The notes beneath the pieces are model-generated. The model worked only from the letters and a program-made list of their open reading frames with translations. It was not told where the DNA came from and searched no databases. From positions 27,015 through 91,014 of IMG/VR virus record IMGVR_UViG_3300027963_000058: a stretch of 64,000 nt of DNA. The stretch is one strand, 5' to 3'. The number at the start of each line of letters is the position of its first letter. The stretch's first letter is position 1. The position numbers and the translations under genes were made by a program. This stretch comes from a virus. Its lineage: Duplodnaviria; Caudoviricetes. This document shows positions 10,429 through 21,603 of this stretch, piece after piece.

Positions 10429-11228
10429 CACAAGGAGTTGTAATATTTGCCTACGCCAACAAACTGATCGACTATGTGGCCTTGGCAGCCTGGAGTACTA
10501 AGAATATACATCGTCATTTGGGTCTCCCGGTCTGTGTTGTTACTGACGTTGTTGATTTACCTGGCACATACCAATTCGATCAAGTCATACACGCTGACAA
10601 GCAAGGAAACAATTCCAGATACTTTACCGACTTTGGCGACAGCGTGACATGGTACAATCATGATCGCATGACAGCCTATGCCGTGAGTCCATGGGATCAG
10701 ACCCTGGTCTTGGATGCAGACTATGTGGTAGCAAGTGATCAATTAAAAGTATTGTTCGATGTTGATATAGATTTCTTGGCACATGATCATGCATATGATG
10801 TTACCGGAGGTGACACATTTGCACAGGACAACTGGTTTGGACGATATCGCATGCCCATGTCATGGGCCACTGTAATGCGTTTCAACCGCAGTCAAACCTC
10901 TGAATTGATATTTGATGCTATGCAAATGATAAGAGACAACTGGACCCATTATAGACGCTTGTATGGCGTATCTGATGCCACCTACAGGAATGATTATGCA
11001 TTGACCATCGCTCAACTGCTTGTAAATGGGCAGGTACTAGATTGGCCTAGCATTCCATGGGGACTGGCCACAGTTACTCCAGATGCACAACTGACACAGT
11101 TAATCAACAAACACTATCGAGTAGACTATCGGACTGTGTCGGGTCAGTCACGGTATATCACATTAAATCAAGACTTTCATGCCATGGGCAAACGACATCT
11201 AGGAGACATTGTTGCCAGTACTTGCTGA
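10425..11228 (+). CDS. GT-A nucleotide-diphospho-sugar transferase-like protein (GT8-like)
   Basis: SPWDQTLVLDAD DxD motif; RND motif. Confidence 0.65.
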   Translation: MTQGVVIFAYANKLIDYVALAAWSTKNIHRHLGLPVCVVTDVVDLPGTYQFDQVIHADKQGNNSRYFTDFGDSVTWYNHDRMTAYAVSPWDQTLVLDADYVVASDQLKVLFDVDIDFLAHDHAYDVTGGDTFAQDNWFGRYRMPMSWATVMRFNRSQTSELIFDAMQMIRDNWTHYRRLYGVSDATYRNDYALTIAQLLVNGQVLDWPSIPWGLATVTPDAQLTQLINKHYRVDYRTVSGQSRYITLNQDFHAMGKRHLGDIVASTC

Positions 11229-11994
11229 ACGTGGCTATCTAATACCAGCCATTGATAATGCTACAACAGACTATCTGGCCTGTGCTGTCCAGCTGGCTCG
11301 TAGTATCCGTGAGTTTCATCCTGATGCACAAATTGCCGCTGTTACAACACGACGATTAAGTGATCCAGTATTTAATCATGTGATTCCTTTGCCACATGGT
11401 GATCAAAGCGCCACAGAAAACAAACAATGCAACGACTGGCAGGTGTTTGAAGCTAGTCCATTTAGACAAACTATCAAACTAGAAGCTGACATGATTGTTG
11501 CAAGTCCCGTTGATCATTGGTGGACCTTGTTTGAACGGCGTGATGTGGTGATTAGTCAAGGCTGTAGAGACATTTATGATCAGCCTGCTCGATCCAGATT
11601 TTACAGACAACTATTTGATCGCAATCATCTTCCAGATGTTTACAATGCTATCACTTATTGGCGCCTGAGTAAAACAGCAAGAGATTTTTTTGATCTAGTA
11701 AGAAGCATATTTGAAAATTGGTCTGACTATCAACGCTGTCTCTTAATGCCCGATGCAGAACCGTCCACAGATGTGGTATATGCTATGGCCGCAATCTTAA
11801 TGGGGCCAGACCTTGTTACATTGCCTTCGGGACTTGGTCCTACAATAACTCACATGAAACAACACATAATACCAACGCAAACACCGGATTGGACTAAAGA
11901 ATTAGTATGGGAATATCCCAACCTTAGGATACAGACAGTGGCACAATGGGGAGTAATACACTACAACACAAAGACTTGGCGTGCTGATGGATGA
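11209..11994 (+). CDS. GT-A glycosyltransferase-like protein, paralog of 10425
   Basis: SPFRQTIKLEAD (ExD variant of DxD). Confidence 0.6.
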   Translation: MLPVLAERGYLIPAIDNATTDYLACAVQLARSIREFHPDAQIAAVTTRRLSDPVFNHVIPLPHGDQSATENKQCNDWQVFEASPFRQTIKLEADMIVASPVDHWWTLFERRDVVISQGCRDIYDQPARSRFYRQLFDRNHLPDVYNAITYWRLSKTARDFFDLVRSIFENWSDYQRCLLMPDAEPSTDVVYAMAAILMGPDLVTLPSGLGPTITHMKQHIIPTQTPDWTKELVWEYPNLRIQTVAQWGVIHYNTKTWRADG

Positions 11995-12346
11995 TACTAC
12001 AAAAAACTTTTGGCAGGCGTTCCAGGACTGGCAGGCTACACCTGTGGAATACAAGCCACCCATTCAACGACTCTATTACGATGACAACGGCATGCCATTA
12101 TTTTACGTGGATCAAGATCTTCCAGGTAATTATATTGATCTAGATGGTGCCAGTTACGTTGTAGCAGACATGAATATCCGTGTTGTTGACGGTAAAATTG
12201 TAAAAATTAAACAGCCTGTTTATATAAAAAAATTAATGCCTGATTTGGAATCGGGCACATGTTGCCATCCTGATACTGTATGCATAGTAGTCGATGACAC
12301 TGAACCTTGTACCAAATGGAATTTAAAAACTTATGAAAAAAATTGA
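11987..12346 (+). CDS. Hypothetical protein
   Basis: Coupled ORF within the operon. Confidence 0.65.
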   Translation: MDDTTKNFWQAFQDWQATPVEYKPPIQRLYYDDNGMPLFYVDQDLPGNYIDLDGASYVVADMNIRVVDGKIVKIKQPVYIKKLMPDLESGTCCHPDTVCIVVDDTEPCTKWNLKTYEKN

Positions 12347-13259
12347 CATAGCTGATCTAGATTGTATCTACCTAACATATGATGAACCCGAACGTGAAGA
12401 GTTCTGGGTCAAAATCCGTAACATGATTCCTTGGGCTCTCAGAGTTGATGGAGTTAAAGGATCGGATGCTGCACACAAGGCAGCTGCGGCCGCAAGTACC
12501 ACTGAACGTTTTGTTCTAATTGATGGTGACAACTTGCCAGAAGAAAAGTTTTTTAATCTCACTCTAGAGTTACCTGACGCCCAATGGGAAAGTGCTGTGT
12601 TTCGCTGGCGTGCCCGTAATCATGTCAATGGGCTTATGTACGGCAATGGTGGATTAAGTTCATGGACTAGAACATTTGCCAATGAAATGAAAACACACGA
12701 AGCCACGGATGGTCGTGTGGCTACCGAAGTAGAGTTTTGTTTTGATCCGTTATACTGGGCCATGCACGATTGTTATAGCACAACATACCCCAATGGATCA
12801 GCATTCCATGCTTGGCGTGCGGGCTTCAGAGAAGGAGTCAAAATGTGTCTCAATCAAGGAGCTCGACCAAGTCTTGCCGAGTTCAAGACACGAGTGCATC
12901 ATAGAAATCTAGATCATTTGACCATTTGGCACAACGTAGGACGTGACGTAGAACATGGCATCTGGGCAATAGCCGGCAGCAGAATGGGCACTTACATGAC
13001 CATGTTGACTGAATGGGATCATTGCCTGGTACAGGATTTTGATGCTCTTGCTGAAATATATAAAACGGTAGACGGACACAATCCTGAAATAATACTGGGT
13101 CGTGTGGCTGAAGACCTATACAAACAATTGGACTTGCCCATGACCGTGATAGACGCACAGGCCAGCAGGTTCTTTAAGCATCACTATCGTAGCAATTGGC
13201 ACAACCGCGGAGTCATGACACGTGAGATTGATGTGATTAGAAGTCAGGAAGGTTGGTAA
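12333..13259 (+). CDS. GT-A fold glycosyltransferase-like protein
   Basis: IYLTYDEP...AAHKAAA...FVLIDGD DxD motif; GNGG; AWRAGFREGVK. Confidence 0.6.
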   Translation: MKKIDIADLDCIYLTYDEPEREEFWVKIRNMIPWALRVDGVKGSDAAHKAAAAASTTERFVLIDGDNLPEEKFFNLTLELPDAQWESAVFRWRARNHVNGLMYGNGGLSSWTRTFANEMKTHEATDGRVATEVEFCFDPLYWAMHDCYSTTYPNGSAFHAWRAGFREGVKMCLNQGARPSLAEFKTRVHHRNLDHLTIWHNVGRDVEHGIWAIAGSRMGTYMTMLTEWDHCLVQDFDALAEIYKTVDGHNPEIILGRVAEDLYKQLDLPMTVIDAQASRFFKHHYRSNWHNRGVMTREIDVIRSQEGW

Positions 13260-13338
13260 TTTGACCTGGTCCTGTGCTGCAACTGTCAAATTGTTCAATA
13301 CCAAAAGAAAAACTATTGCTATCTGATTTAAAATTCAG

Positions 13339-13367
13339 TTGATTTAACAAGACAAATACTGTATAAT
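13339..13367 (+). promoter_or_regulatory. Sigma70-like promoter (leaderless transcript)
   Basis: TTGATT-N17-TATAAT, with ATG 5 nt downstream. Confidence 0.6.
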
Positions 13368-13372
13368 AAACT

Positions 13373-15310
13373 ATGATTATTGCTTTTTATCCTGGTGCCG
13401 GTGGCAACCGCTACCATCACTATTGTCAAGGCCAACGCACATTTGATAGCAACGTCACTTATGATCATTTATTAAAAAATCAAGATTTTAAATATCGTTA
13501 TTTAGACCACAGTTCTATTGGACTTGCTGACCAAGAATTGATATTGACGCATTGTGTCAATGTTCCTTTGCTTAAAACACTTTTTCCAAATCAAACAGAA
13601 ATTGTTGTCATACAAGCAGACCTTGTGCAAAGTTTACGTAGAGAATGGTATCTAGCAGACCAGCATCGAGACAAAAACATGCCCGACAAACTTGAACATG
13701 CTAAAGCACATTGGTCATACCATAAAAAATATTATACAGAATATCCAATGGATATCACCGGATCCACAGTCGTGGTTGATCTTGCCGATGATAGTGATTT
13801 TTCTAAAATCATGCAAGGCGAACTTGACAGTATCCAATCATCAGAATACGATCAAGCAGTCGCAGAATTCATGCCACATGATTTATCAAATATAGCGGGC
13901 GATAAGATCGTGGAAGGATTTAAAAGTAAATTTCTTGACGATGCCGAAACAATGAAACAACGCTTGGACAAGGTAAGTCCAAGCATGTGTCTAGCCAAGT
14001 GGAAACAAGTGAGTTTGCACCTGGCTACTGGTCTCAATAACTCATGCTATCATCCGCCGTTGCATACGATACAATTAGAAGATATACAGCGTAGTCCCAG
14101 TGGATTACATAATACAGCATATAAAAAAGAACAACGTAAACTAATGCTCGATGGCAAACGTCCCAGTGAATGTAGCTACTGCTGGACCATGGAAGATGCC
14201 GGTAAACTGAGTGATAGACATTATCGTTCAGGTGAGTCTTGGGCTGCTCGAGACTTTGGAAAAATTGTTAGTGGAGAATGGAACGATGATGTCATACCTA
14301 GCTATGTTGAAGTCAATTTTAATCATGCTTGTAATCTGGCATGTAGCTACTGTAGTCCTCAATTTAGTTCAACTTGGCAACAAGAAATGGATCAGCATGG
14401 CGCTTACCCTACTAGCACTAGACACAATGATCCTAGTCACTTTGTTGGTCGCAACAGGCCTATTCCAGTTCGCGACCACAATCCTTACGTAGAAGCATTT
14501 TGGGCTTGGTGGCCCACACTATATCCTGAACTTGAACACTTCCGTATGACCGGTGGAGAACCTTTACTAGATAAAAATACCTATAGAGTGTTTGACTATG
14601 TGCTGGCCAATCCCAAACCCAACCTGCATTTAAATGTGACTAGCAACTTTAGCGTAGATGAAAAGTTGTGGCAAAAATACAAAGGCTATGTGAAACAGTT
14701 GTGTGAAGGTGAACAGATCGAACACTTCATGCAGTACATAAGTTTGGACTCATGGGGCACCCAAGCTGAATACATCAGACACGGACTGGACTTCGATCTC
14801 TTATGGGATCGAGTAAATCAATTCCTAACTGAAATACCCTATCGCAACAGCGTGACATTTATTGTGACCATGAACAATCTTTCAGTGACTGGACTCAGCA
14901 GTTTGATGTCTGGCATCTTGGGCCTCAGACAGCTTTACAGCACAACTTACCAGCGTGTGTGGTTTGATACTCCAGTTCTAAGACAGCCACATTGGCAAAG
15001 TCTACAACTGTTGCCCGAAAGCTATTGTGATCAACTGGAACAGTTGTGGGCCTGGATGTTGACTCAAGCAGAAACTCCTGACACAAGATTCCATGGATTT
15101 AAAGATTATGAACTGTCCAGACTGGATCGAGACATTGCCTGGATGCGAGCTGGACAACAGCTAGATCCTGTGTATATACAACAGAACAAGGCAGACTTTT
15201 ATAGATTCTTCACGGAAGCTGATCGTAGACACGGCACCAACTTCTTGAAGACCTTTCCGGAAATGCGTGCATGGTGGTCAGAATGCGAGTATCATGCTCG
15301 GCAATCGTAA
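13373..15310 (+). CDS. Radical SAM enzyme with N-terminal twitch-like Fe-S domain and an extra N-terminal domain
   Basis: CNLACSYC and TGGEP; upstream CLAKW..SCYH..CSYC; N-terminal FYPGAGGN domain. Confidence 0.9.
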   Translation: MIIAFYPGAGGNRYHHYCQGQRTFDSNVTYDHLLKNQDFKYRYLDHSSIGLADQELILTHCVNVPLLKTLFPNQTEIVVIQADLVQSLRREWYLADQHRDKNMPDKLEHAKAHWSYHKKYYTEYPMDITGSTVVVDLADDSDFSKIMQGELDSIQSSEYDQAVAEFMPHDLSNIAGDKIVEGFKSKFLDDAETMKQRLDKVSPSMCLAKWKQVSLHLATGLNNSCYHPPLHTIQLEDIQRSPSGLHNTAYKKEQRKLMLDGKRPSECSYCWTMEDAGKLSDRHYRSGESWAARDFGKIVSGEWNDDVIPSYVEVNFNHACNLACSYCSPQFSSTWQQEMDQHGAYPTSTRHNDPSHFVGRNRPIPVRDHNPYVEAFWAWWPTLYPELEHFRMTGGEPLLDKNTYRVFDYVLANPKPNLHLNVTSNFSVDEKLWQKYKGYVKQLCEGEQIEHFMQYISLDSWGTQAEYIRHGLDFDLLWDRVNQFLTEIPYRNSVTFIVTMNNLSVTGLSSLMSGILGLRQLYSTTYQRVWFDTPVLRQPHWQSLQLLPESYCDQLEQLWAWMLTQAETPDTRFHGFKDYELSRLDRDIAWMRAGQQLDPVYIQQNKADFYRFFTEADRRHGTNFLKTFPEMRAWWSECEYHARQS

Positions 15311-16346
15311 ACTTATTGTAGATGAATTTTGTGAAGTAAAAGAATTTACGCAAAATTTCCAAGATGGATATTTTTGGAATTTTGCCGAACACGAAATTTG
15401 TGCAGGGGCAGTATATATTATCAGTCGTCAGCAGTTTGCTGAGAACATTGTAAAAATAAAACAGCTGGCCCAAGATCAAATCATACTACCGGTGCTGGGT
15501 AATCCTGCCGAAGGCTCTGACACCATGTTCAAACAAGCACAGGCTTTGGGAATTTTAGAACTAGTTCAACAAGGAAAAATTATTATTATTTCCGGAGGTG
15601 ATCTACCCGAACACATTCCGCATCTGTTCTATGAAAACTTTTTACCCAAGATCCTGGATTACGATGAAAATTTACAAGCCATTGCACAGTACAAAAAAAG
15701 TTGGAGTACTGATAGACCCTATAAATTTTTATTTTTAAATGGTCGAGGGCGAGATCATCGTAGACAATTATTGGCTAGACTACACCCTTTACTTGATGTA
15801 GCAATCTGGAGCAACTTGGATTCGGCAGCTGGGCCAATCAAGCTACTGGATCCAGAGCACGAGTTTGAGTTTTATCGGCACAATCTCGATATTGATCCGT
15901 CGGGTTTTGTAAAATATTCATTGTTCGATAACAATTGGGGAGAAATATATCTCAATGCACAACCATATACAGACAGTTATTTCAGTCTAGTGACAGAAAC
16001 TGTATTCGATTATCCGTACAGTTTCAGGACAGAAAAAATCTGGAAGCCGATTGCAATTGGACATCCGTTTGTTGTGGCCAGTAATGCTGGCTACTATCGT
16101 GACTTACACAACTTGGGATTTAAAACTTTTGGGGATCTGATTGACGAAAGTTTTGATCTAGAAATGGACAATGTTAAAAGAATGGCAAAACTCATACACC
16201 AAATAGAATGGTTATGTCAACAAGATCTTGCTAAATTTGTACAAGAGTCGTATAATGTATGTAAATACAATCAATCACTGCTTGCCGAACTTGGACCCAA
16301 GATCCGTGCAGAATTTCCCCAGAAGCTCCTAAACTTTATAAAATGA
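15294..16346 (+). CDS. GT-B (GT10/GT47-like) glycosyltransferase-like protein
   Basis: FLFLNGR..HR; FSLVTET..TEKIWKPI..HPF..GFKTF..DESFD. Confidence 0.6.
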   Translation: MLGNRKLIVDEFCEVKEFTQNFQDGYFWNFAEHEICAGAVYIISRQQFAENIVKIKQLAQDQIILPVLGNPAEGSDTMFKQAQALGILELVQQGKIIIISGGDLPEHIPHLFYENFLPKILDYDENLQAIAQYKKSWSTDRPYKFLFLNGRGRDHRRQLLARLHPLLDVAIWSNLDSAAGPIKLLDPEHEFEFYRHNLDIDPSGFVKYSLFDNNWGEIYLNAQPYTDSYFSLVTETVFDYPYSFRTEKIWKPIAIGHPFVVASNAGYYRDLHNLGFKTFGDLIDESFDLEMDNVKRMAKLIHQIEWLCQQDLAKFVQESYNVCKYNQSLLAELGPKIRAEFPQKLLNFIK

Positions 16347-17422
16347 TCACTACAATATCTAAAACTTTTCCAGATCATTGGATTTATGGCAAGTATGAAC
16401 AAGAAATTCTTGCCGGCATACAACGTCAGATTGATGCACGATTCCCTGATCAAAACAATCTGTTGTTCAACACCACTTGGCGAGAAAATCCTGAACATGA
16501 TGTGGAACTACAGCAGTGTCTTGCTGATGCTGTGCCTGTTGACAATTTGTTTGTGGTATCCACTGTGGATTATTTTTTACCACATCACGAGCAAATGGTA
16601 CTGGACATGATTGAGCGCCTGTCAGTAAAGCACACCTACTTCCTGGGCAACTTTGATACTCCTAGTCCTAGATGGGCTCCTGACAATAGCACGACAATTT
16701 ATTTTAATTTTTTTGCCATCGTGTGTAGAGATAAGTTTGAAAAATATCAGCAGGATGAATTAATTTTGACCGACCCAAAGTATCTGTTTATCAGTTACAA
16801 TCGCAAACCATATGCACATCGTTTGGCATTTGTAAAAAAATTAATTGAACACAACGTAAAAGATCTTGGAGTGGTCACTCTAGGTCGGGCATTTCCTGGT
16901 AACACTGGACCTGACAAAGATCTTTATTTTAGCATTGGTGAAAAGAATCAAGACTACGTGAAATATGGACACTGGTACAGTGACAGTCCCGAAGCCACGT
17001 CTCACGATATTCCACATGACTTGTTTAGCCTACACAACATGCACTATTGGAAACATCATTTTTTACACATAGTGGGCGGAACCAGTCAGTCAAGATGGAA
17101 TCAATTCCTTACACAGATTGATTTCAAACCCATCATTGGAATGCGGCCGTTCCTGATCAATGGACAAACACAAAATTACGAATTCTGGCGACGCAATGGA
17201 TTCCGTACATTCAATCATTATTTTCCAGGATTGGATTTTGAAAAATCTGACACCGTGCATGCAACCCTAATAGATGCAATACGACAACTTTCTGCGATGA
17301 GTTCTAGTGAGTTATTGGCCATGTACAACATGATGTTGCCGGACTTGATACACAACAGACAACGCTGGTATGCCTGGGCCAATGAACAAAAAAATCAAGT
17401 GGAGAATTTGTTTGATGAATGA
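16343..17422 (+). CDS. Divergent GT-B-like paralog
   Basis: FISYNRKPYAHR; FKPIIGMRPF..GFRTF. Confidence 0.5.
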   Translation: MITTISKTFPDHWIYGKYEQEILAGIQRQIDARFPDQNNLLFNTTWRENPEHDVELQQCLADAVPVDNLFVVSTVDYFLPHHEQMVLDMIERLSVKHTYFLGNFDTPSPRWAPDNSTTIYFNFFAIVCRDKFEKYQQDELILTDPKYLFISYNRKPYAHRLAFVKKLIEHNVKDLGVVTLGRAFPGNTGPDKDLYFSIGEKNQDYVKYGHWYSDSPEATSHDIPHDLFSLHNMHYWKHHFLHIVGGTSQSRWNQFLTQIDFKPIIGMRPFLINGQTQNYEFWRRNGFRTFNHYFPGLDFEKSDTVHATLIDAIRQLSAMSSSELLAMYNMMLPDLIHNRQRWYAWANEQKNQVENLFDE

Positions 17423-18749
17423 TTTAGAATTCCGCCAGCAAGTATTGGACACCAAAAGTTCCAGCTTTTGTGCAGCCAAATGGTACAATGCTACCATATG
17501 GTTAGGATCAGGACAGACTACCAGTTGCCATCATCCATTGCCACATGCTGTTGATCCAGAAGAGCTTGAACACAATCCCAGTGCGCTACACAACACGCAA
17601 CGCAAGAAAATGGAACGTGAGCAGATGCAAAAAGGCGAACGTCCCAGCGGCTGTGAGTATTGTTGGAAAATAGAAGACATTGGTCGAGATAACATCAGTG
17701 ACCGTGTGTACAAGAGTCGAATTTACCCCTTAGAGGATTTATCATATGCATACCGAACACCACCAGAAACAGACATTAACCTACGCACCCTGGAAATCTC
17801 GTTTGACCGTACTTGCCAATTGGCTTGTAGCTATTGTAACCCTGCTTTCAGTAGCACATGGGTTAGGGACATACGACAAAGCGGCCCCTATACCAATCTG
17901 GTGTCTGATGGGCGCAATCACTTTACTCATATTCATGCTAGTAGTCAACCGTTCCGCCGTGGTGAAACAAATCCGTATGTGGAAGCATTCTTCAAGTGGT
18001 GGGAAACAGACCTACACCAAAGCCTCCAAGAGCTAAGGATCACTGGCGGTGAGCCCTTGATGAGCGGCGACACCTGGAAACTACTAGATTGGTTCAAGAA
18101 CAACAAAGGGCGCAGCCGGACACGACTGGCTATCAACAGCAATTTAAGCATGGCCTATGACATAGTTGATCGTGCCATCACAGCATGCGAAGGCACTGAA
18201 CTGGATATCTATACCAGCATGGAAAGCGTAGGCTCACAAGCTGAATACATCCGAGACGGCCTGGACTATGACCGCTGGTGTTACAACATGACACAGATCA
18301 TGGATGCCAAGCAGGTGCGTGGGCTACATGTGATGTGTACTATCAACGCACTTTGTTTAGAAAGCCTTCCTGAATTGCTTACTCAACTCATGTCATGGAA
18401 AAGCCTTGCCGGTGCGGACTTTCCAAGTTTTACATTAAATATCTTGCGTTTCCCCAGCTTTCAAAGTGCTTTGGTATTGCCTGACGAGATTAGAACACAT
18501 CATCAACAACGCCTACAAACTTGGTTAAACACGTGGGATCGTAATATCCATTTACACGAGCATGAACGTAATCATGTGCAGCGTTTAATCGATTACCTAG
18601 ACGTAGTTAAAACTCCACACAGTGAAGCATTTGATCGTGTGAGTTTGTTAAATGATTTCAAACAATTTTATACACAGTATGATCAACGTCGTGGGCAAGA
18701 TTTTGCAAAAACATTTCCTAACTTGGCAGATTGGTACAACACATTATGA
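17415..18749 (+). CDS. Twitch-domain radical SAM enzyme
   Basis: CQLACSYC, TGGEP, CAAKW..SCHH..CEYC; GGAG RBS before 17415. Confidence 0.9.
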   Translation: MNDLEFRQQVLDTKSSSFCAAKWYNATIWLGSGQTTSCHHPLPHAVDPEELEHNPSALHNTQRKKMEREQMQKGERPSGCEYCWKIEDIGRDNISDRVYKSRIYPLEDLSYAYRTPPETDINLRTLEISFDRTCQLACSYCNPAFSSTWVRDIRQSGPYTNLVSDGRNHFTHIHASSQPFRRGETNPYVEAFFKWWETDLHQSLQELRITGGEPLMSGDTWKLLDWFKNNKGRSRTRLAINSNLSMAYDIVDRAITACEGTELDIYTSMESVGSQAEYIRDGLDYDRWCYNMTQIMDAKQVRGLHVMCTINALCLESLPELLTQLMSWKSLAGADFPSFTLNILRFPSFQSALVLPDEIRTHHQQRLQTWLNTWDRNIHLHEHERNHVQRLIDYLDVVKTPHSEAFDRVSLLNDFKQFYTQYDQRRGQDFAKTFPNLADWYNTL

Positions 18750-20398
18750 CCTTAGATGAAAAAGTAGCAGAGTACAAAACAAAATACACAGTACTAGCTG
18801 TTATCGACCTGGATCACTGGCATGATTTAAAAATATATCAGCAAGATCCGTGGTTGCGTGATACATTGACATCATTGCATCAAGAAGTTTATACAAATGA
18901 TCAACGCATTTTATTAACCTTGTCAAGATGTAACAACGCAGAAATACTGTTAGAACGACTACAACATTGGTTATACAACGTAGATATTTCTAGTTTTTTT
19001 ATTGCAATACTATCAAACGATCCTGATATTGCTCAATTATGGAAATCTGGTCCAGACATGTCCGGTATAACTTTTGATTTTTTCCAAAGTGAAAAGTATA
19101 TCGATGATAAAGATCAAGCTACGTCGAGTTATAATAATAGCGAGTTGGTAAACCCAATAGATCTTGACGGTCGAGAACAATTTTTATTAAAGGAATCAAA
19201 AACATTTTGTATGTATCCGTGGATACATCTTCATACTTATCCTACTGGTGAAGCATATCCGTGTTGCCAGGCAGAAATGAAAGTGGGTTCAATTGGAAAC
19301 AGCCGTATCAATACACTCAGTGAAATATGGAATAGTCCTAAGCAAAGACAACTACGACAGGATATGTTAAGCGAAACATTTAATCCAACTTGTGGAAGAT
19401 GTTATGAACAAGAAGATAGCGGATTTTTTAGCGGAAGACGAAGCGCAAATAAACATCATGGTCACCACATTAAAAAAGTCAAAGACACTCAAGCAGATGG
19501 CACTGTACAAGACTTTAAAATGACCTATTGGGACATACGCTTCAGTAACTTGTGTAATTTAAGTTGCCGTAGTTGTGGACATATCTTTAGCAGCAGTTGG
19601 TACCAGGATCAGGTTAAATTGGCTGGAGGAGATTGGAAGGATCGTAATCAAGTGTTGAACTATGCCGGACGTACAGAAACAGACATGTGGGAACAGTTGA
19701 TACCACATTTGGATTATGTAGAGCAGATTTACTTTGCCGGTGGCGAGCCCTTGATGATGAAGGAACACTATAATATTTTGGATGAGCTAGAACGCAGAGG
19801 ACGTTTTGATGTACGGTTAATCTACAATACAAACTTTACACATATCAAACTAAAAGACCGTACAGTCTTTGATTACTGGAAACGATTTAAATCAGTAGCA
19901 GTTGGAGCAAGTCTAGACGCTATGGGCCCACGTGCTGAATATATAAGAAAAGGCACAGACTGGTCTGTAGTAGAATCAAATCGTAAACAAATGCTGGAAG
20001 TATGCCCAGAAGTTGATTTCTATATCAGTCCTACACTCAGCATTATGAATGCGTTACATTTACCAGACTTCCATCAAGAATGGGTTGATCAAGGCTTGTT
20101 AAAACCGCAAGATCTCAACATAAATATCTTACAAGATCCGTTTCATCTCAGGATTGATCTGGCCCCAAAAAATTACAAGGATCGTATACACGCTCGATTT
20201 CAAGAACATCTAGAATGGTTACGTCCTTTAGATCCATTGCAAAGAGCCACTGTGGGTTTTGAGAGTGCTATTAATTTTATGTCAGCTGCTGACAACACAC
20301 ATTTGCTAGATACATTCTGGCGCAAAACACATGAACTTGACAACATCAGAAATGAAAATATATTGACAACTATCCCTGAATTGAAGGCATTACTATGA
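18746..20398 (+). CDS. Twitch-domain radical SAM enzyme with N-terminal extension
   Basis: CMYPW..YPCC..CGRC; CNLSCRSC; AGGEP. Confidence 0.9.
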   Translation: MTLDEKVAEYKTKYTVLAVIDLDHWHDLKIYQQDPWLRDTLTSLHQEVYTNDQRILLTLSRCNNAEILLERLQHWLYNVDISSFFIAILSNDPDIAQLWKSGPDMSGITFDFFQSEKYIDDKDQATSSYNNSELVNPIDLDGREQFLLKESKTFCMYPWIHLHTYPTGEAYPCCQAEMKVGSIGNSRINTLSEIWNSPKQRQLRQDMLSETFNPTCGRCYEQEDSGFFSGRRSANKHHGHHIKKVKDTQADGTVQDFKMTYWDIRFSNLCNLSCRSCGHIFSSSWYQDQVKLAGGDWKDRNQVLNYAGRTETDMWEQLIPHLDYVEQIYFAGGEPLMMKEHYNILDELERRGRFDVRLIYNTNFTHIKLKDRTVFDYWKRFKSVAVGASLDAMGPRAEYIRKGTDWSVVESNRKQMLEVCPEVDFYISPTLSIMNALHLPDFHQEWVDQGLLKPQDLNINILQDPFHLRIDLAPKNYKDRIHARFQEHLEWLRPLDPLQRATVGFESAINFMSAADNTHLLDTFWRKTHELDNIRNENILTTIPELKALL

Positions 20399-21603
20399 AC
20401 ATTCCACATGATCAATTTTGTGTGTTGCCCTGGGTCAGTTTGGAAACCAGCCCAATTGGCACAGTGAGGCCATGCTGTCTGGCTGAAGAAGAAATTGTTG
20501 ATGACGCAGGTAACAAGTTTGATCTCAACACAGCAAACTTTAGCAACATACAAACCAGCCAGTACATGCAGGATCTAAGACAACAGTTTTTAGACCAAAA
20601 GAAACCAGCCGCTTGCAGAAAATGCTGGCGAGAAGAATCAGCCGGTCGTACTAGCAAACGTATGCATACTTTGGACAGACTCAAGCACATGATTACCGAT
20701 TCTGAATGGACTGCGGATGCCAAACCCTTGATGTTTTTGGATCTAAAACTAGGCAACATCTGCAATCTCAAATGTCGTATATGTGGCTCATGGAGTTCTA
20801 GTACCTTTGCCACCGAAGAACTAGCCGATCTGCCACCAGGAGAAGATCGCAAAAGTAATCATCACTACCATATGCTCAAGCAAGGAGCGTGGCCTAGAGA
20901 GAATCCCACGTTCTGGACTGAAATTGATCAGGTAGCGGATCAAATACAGTACATAGAATTTACCGGTGGTGAGCCATTCATGATCAAGGAACACTTTGAT
21001 CTGTTACAAGGTCTAGTCGATCGAGGTCTAGCCGGGCAGATTGAAATACATTATAACACCAATGGCACGCAATGGCCCGAACACGCAGAGGCAATCTGGA
21101 AACATTTTAAAACTGTGGAAATAGCATTCAGTATTGATGATGTGGGCGATAGATTTGAATATCAAAGATCAAATGCTGTATGGTCAGAAGTATGCGATAA
21201 CATTGAACGTTTTAGACAAATGCGCAATCGTAATCCACGCATCAGATTACAAGTATGCACCACAGTAAATGTGTTCAATGTTTACTACATAGAACAAGTG
21301 GCCAATTGGATCAACACACAAAGTTTTGATTTTGTGTACTGGAACATGATGCACGAAGCCTACTACTTTAGCATCAGCACTTTGCCCGAATCAGCCAAAC
21401 AGTCAATTGCAACAAAATTACAATCTGCACAAGTTGATGCACGAACACAACATGAGTTTGCACAAATCATAGACTTCATGATGCGTGGTGTCAGCCTAGA
21501 TGGCAACATATTGCGTATGCGTGTAGCAGATCTTGATCGCAAACGCAATCAAAATTTAACACAGGTGCAACCTGAACTGGCTGCCTTGATCGACTATGCG
21601 TAA
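20395..21603 (+). CDS. Twitch-domain radical SAM enzyme
   Basis: CVLPW..RPCC..CRKC; CNLKCRIC; TGGEP. Confidence 0.9.
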   Translation: MNIPHDQFCVLPWVSLETSPIGTVRPCCLAEEEIVDDAGNKFDLNTANFSNIQTSQYMQDLRQQFLDQKKPAACRKCWREESAGRTSKRMHTLDRLKHMITDSEWTADAKPLMFLDLKLGNICNLKCRICGSWSSSTFATEELADLPPGEDRKSNHHYHMLKQGAWPRENPTFWTEIDQVADQIQYIEFTGGEPFMIKEHFDLLQGLVDRGLAGQIEIHYNTNGTQWPEHAEAIWKHFKTVEIAFSIDDVGDRFEYQRSNAVWSEVCDNIERFRQMRNRNPRIRLQVCTTVNVFNVYYIEQVANWINTQSFDFVYWNMMHEAYYFSISTLPESAKQSIATKLQSAQVDARTQHEFAQIIDFMMRGVSLDGNILRMRVADLDRKRNQNLTQVQPELAALIDYA

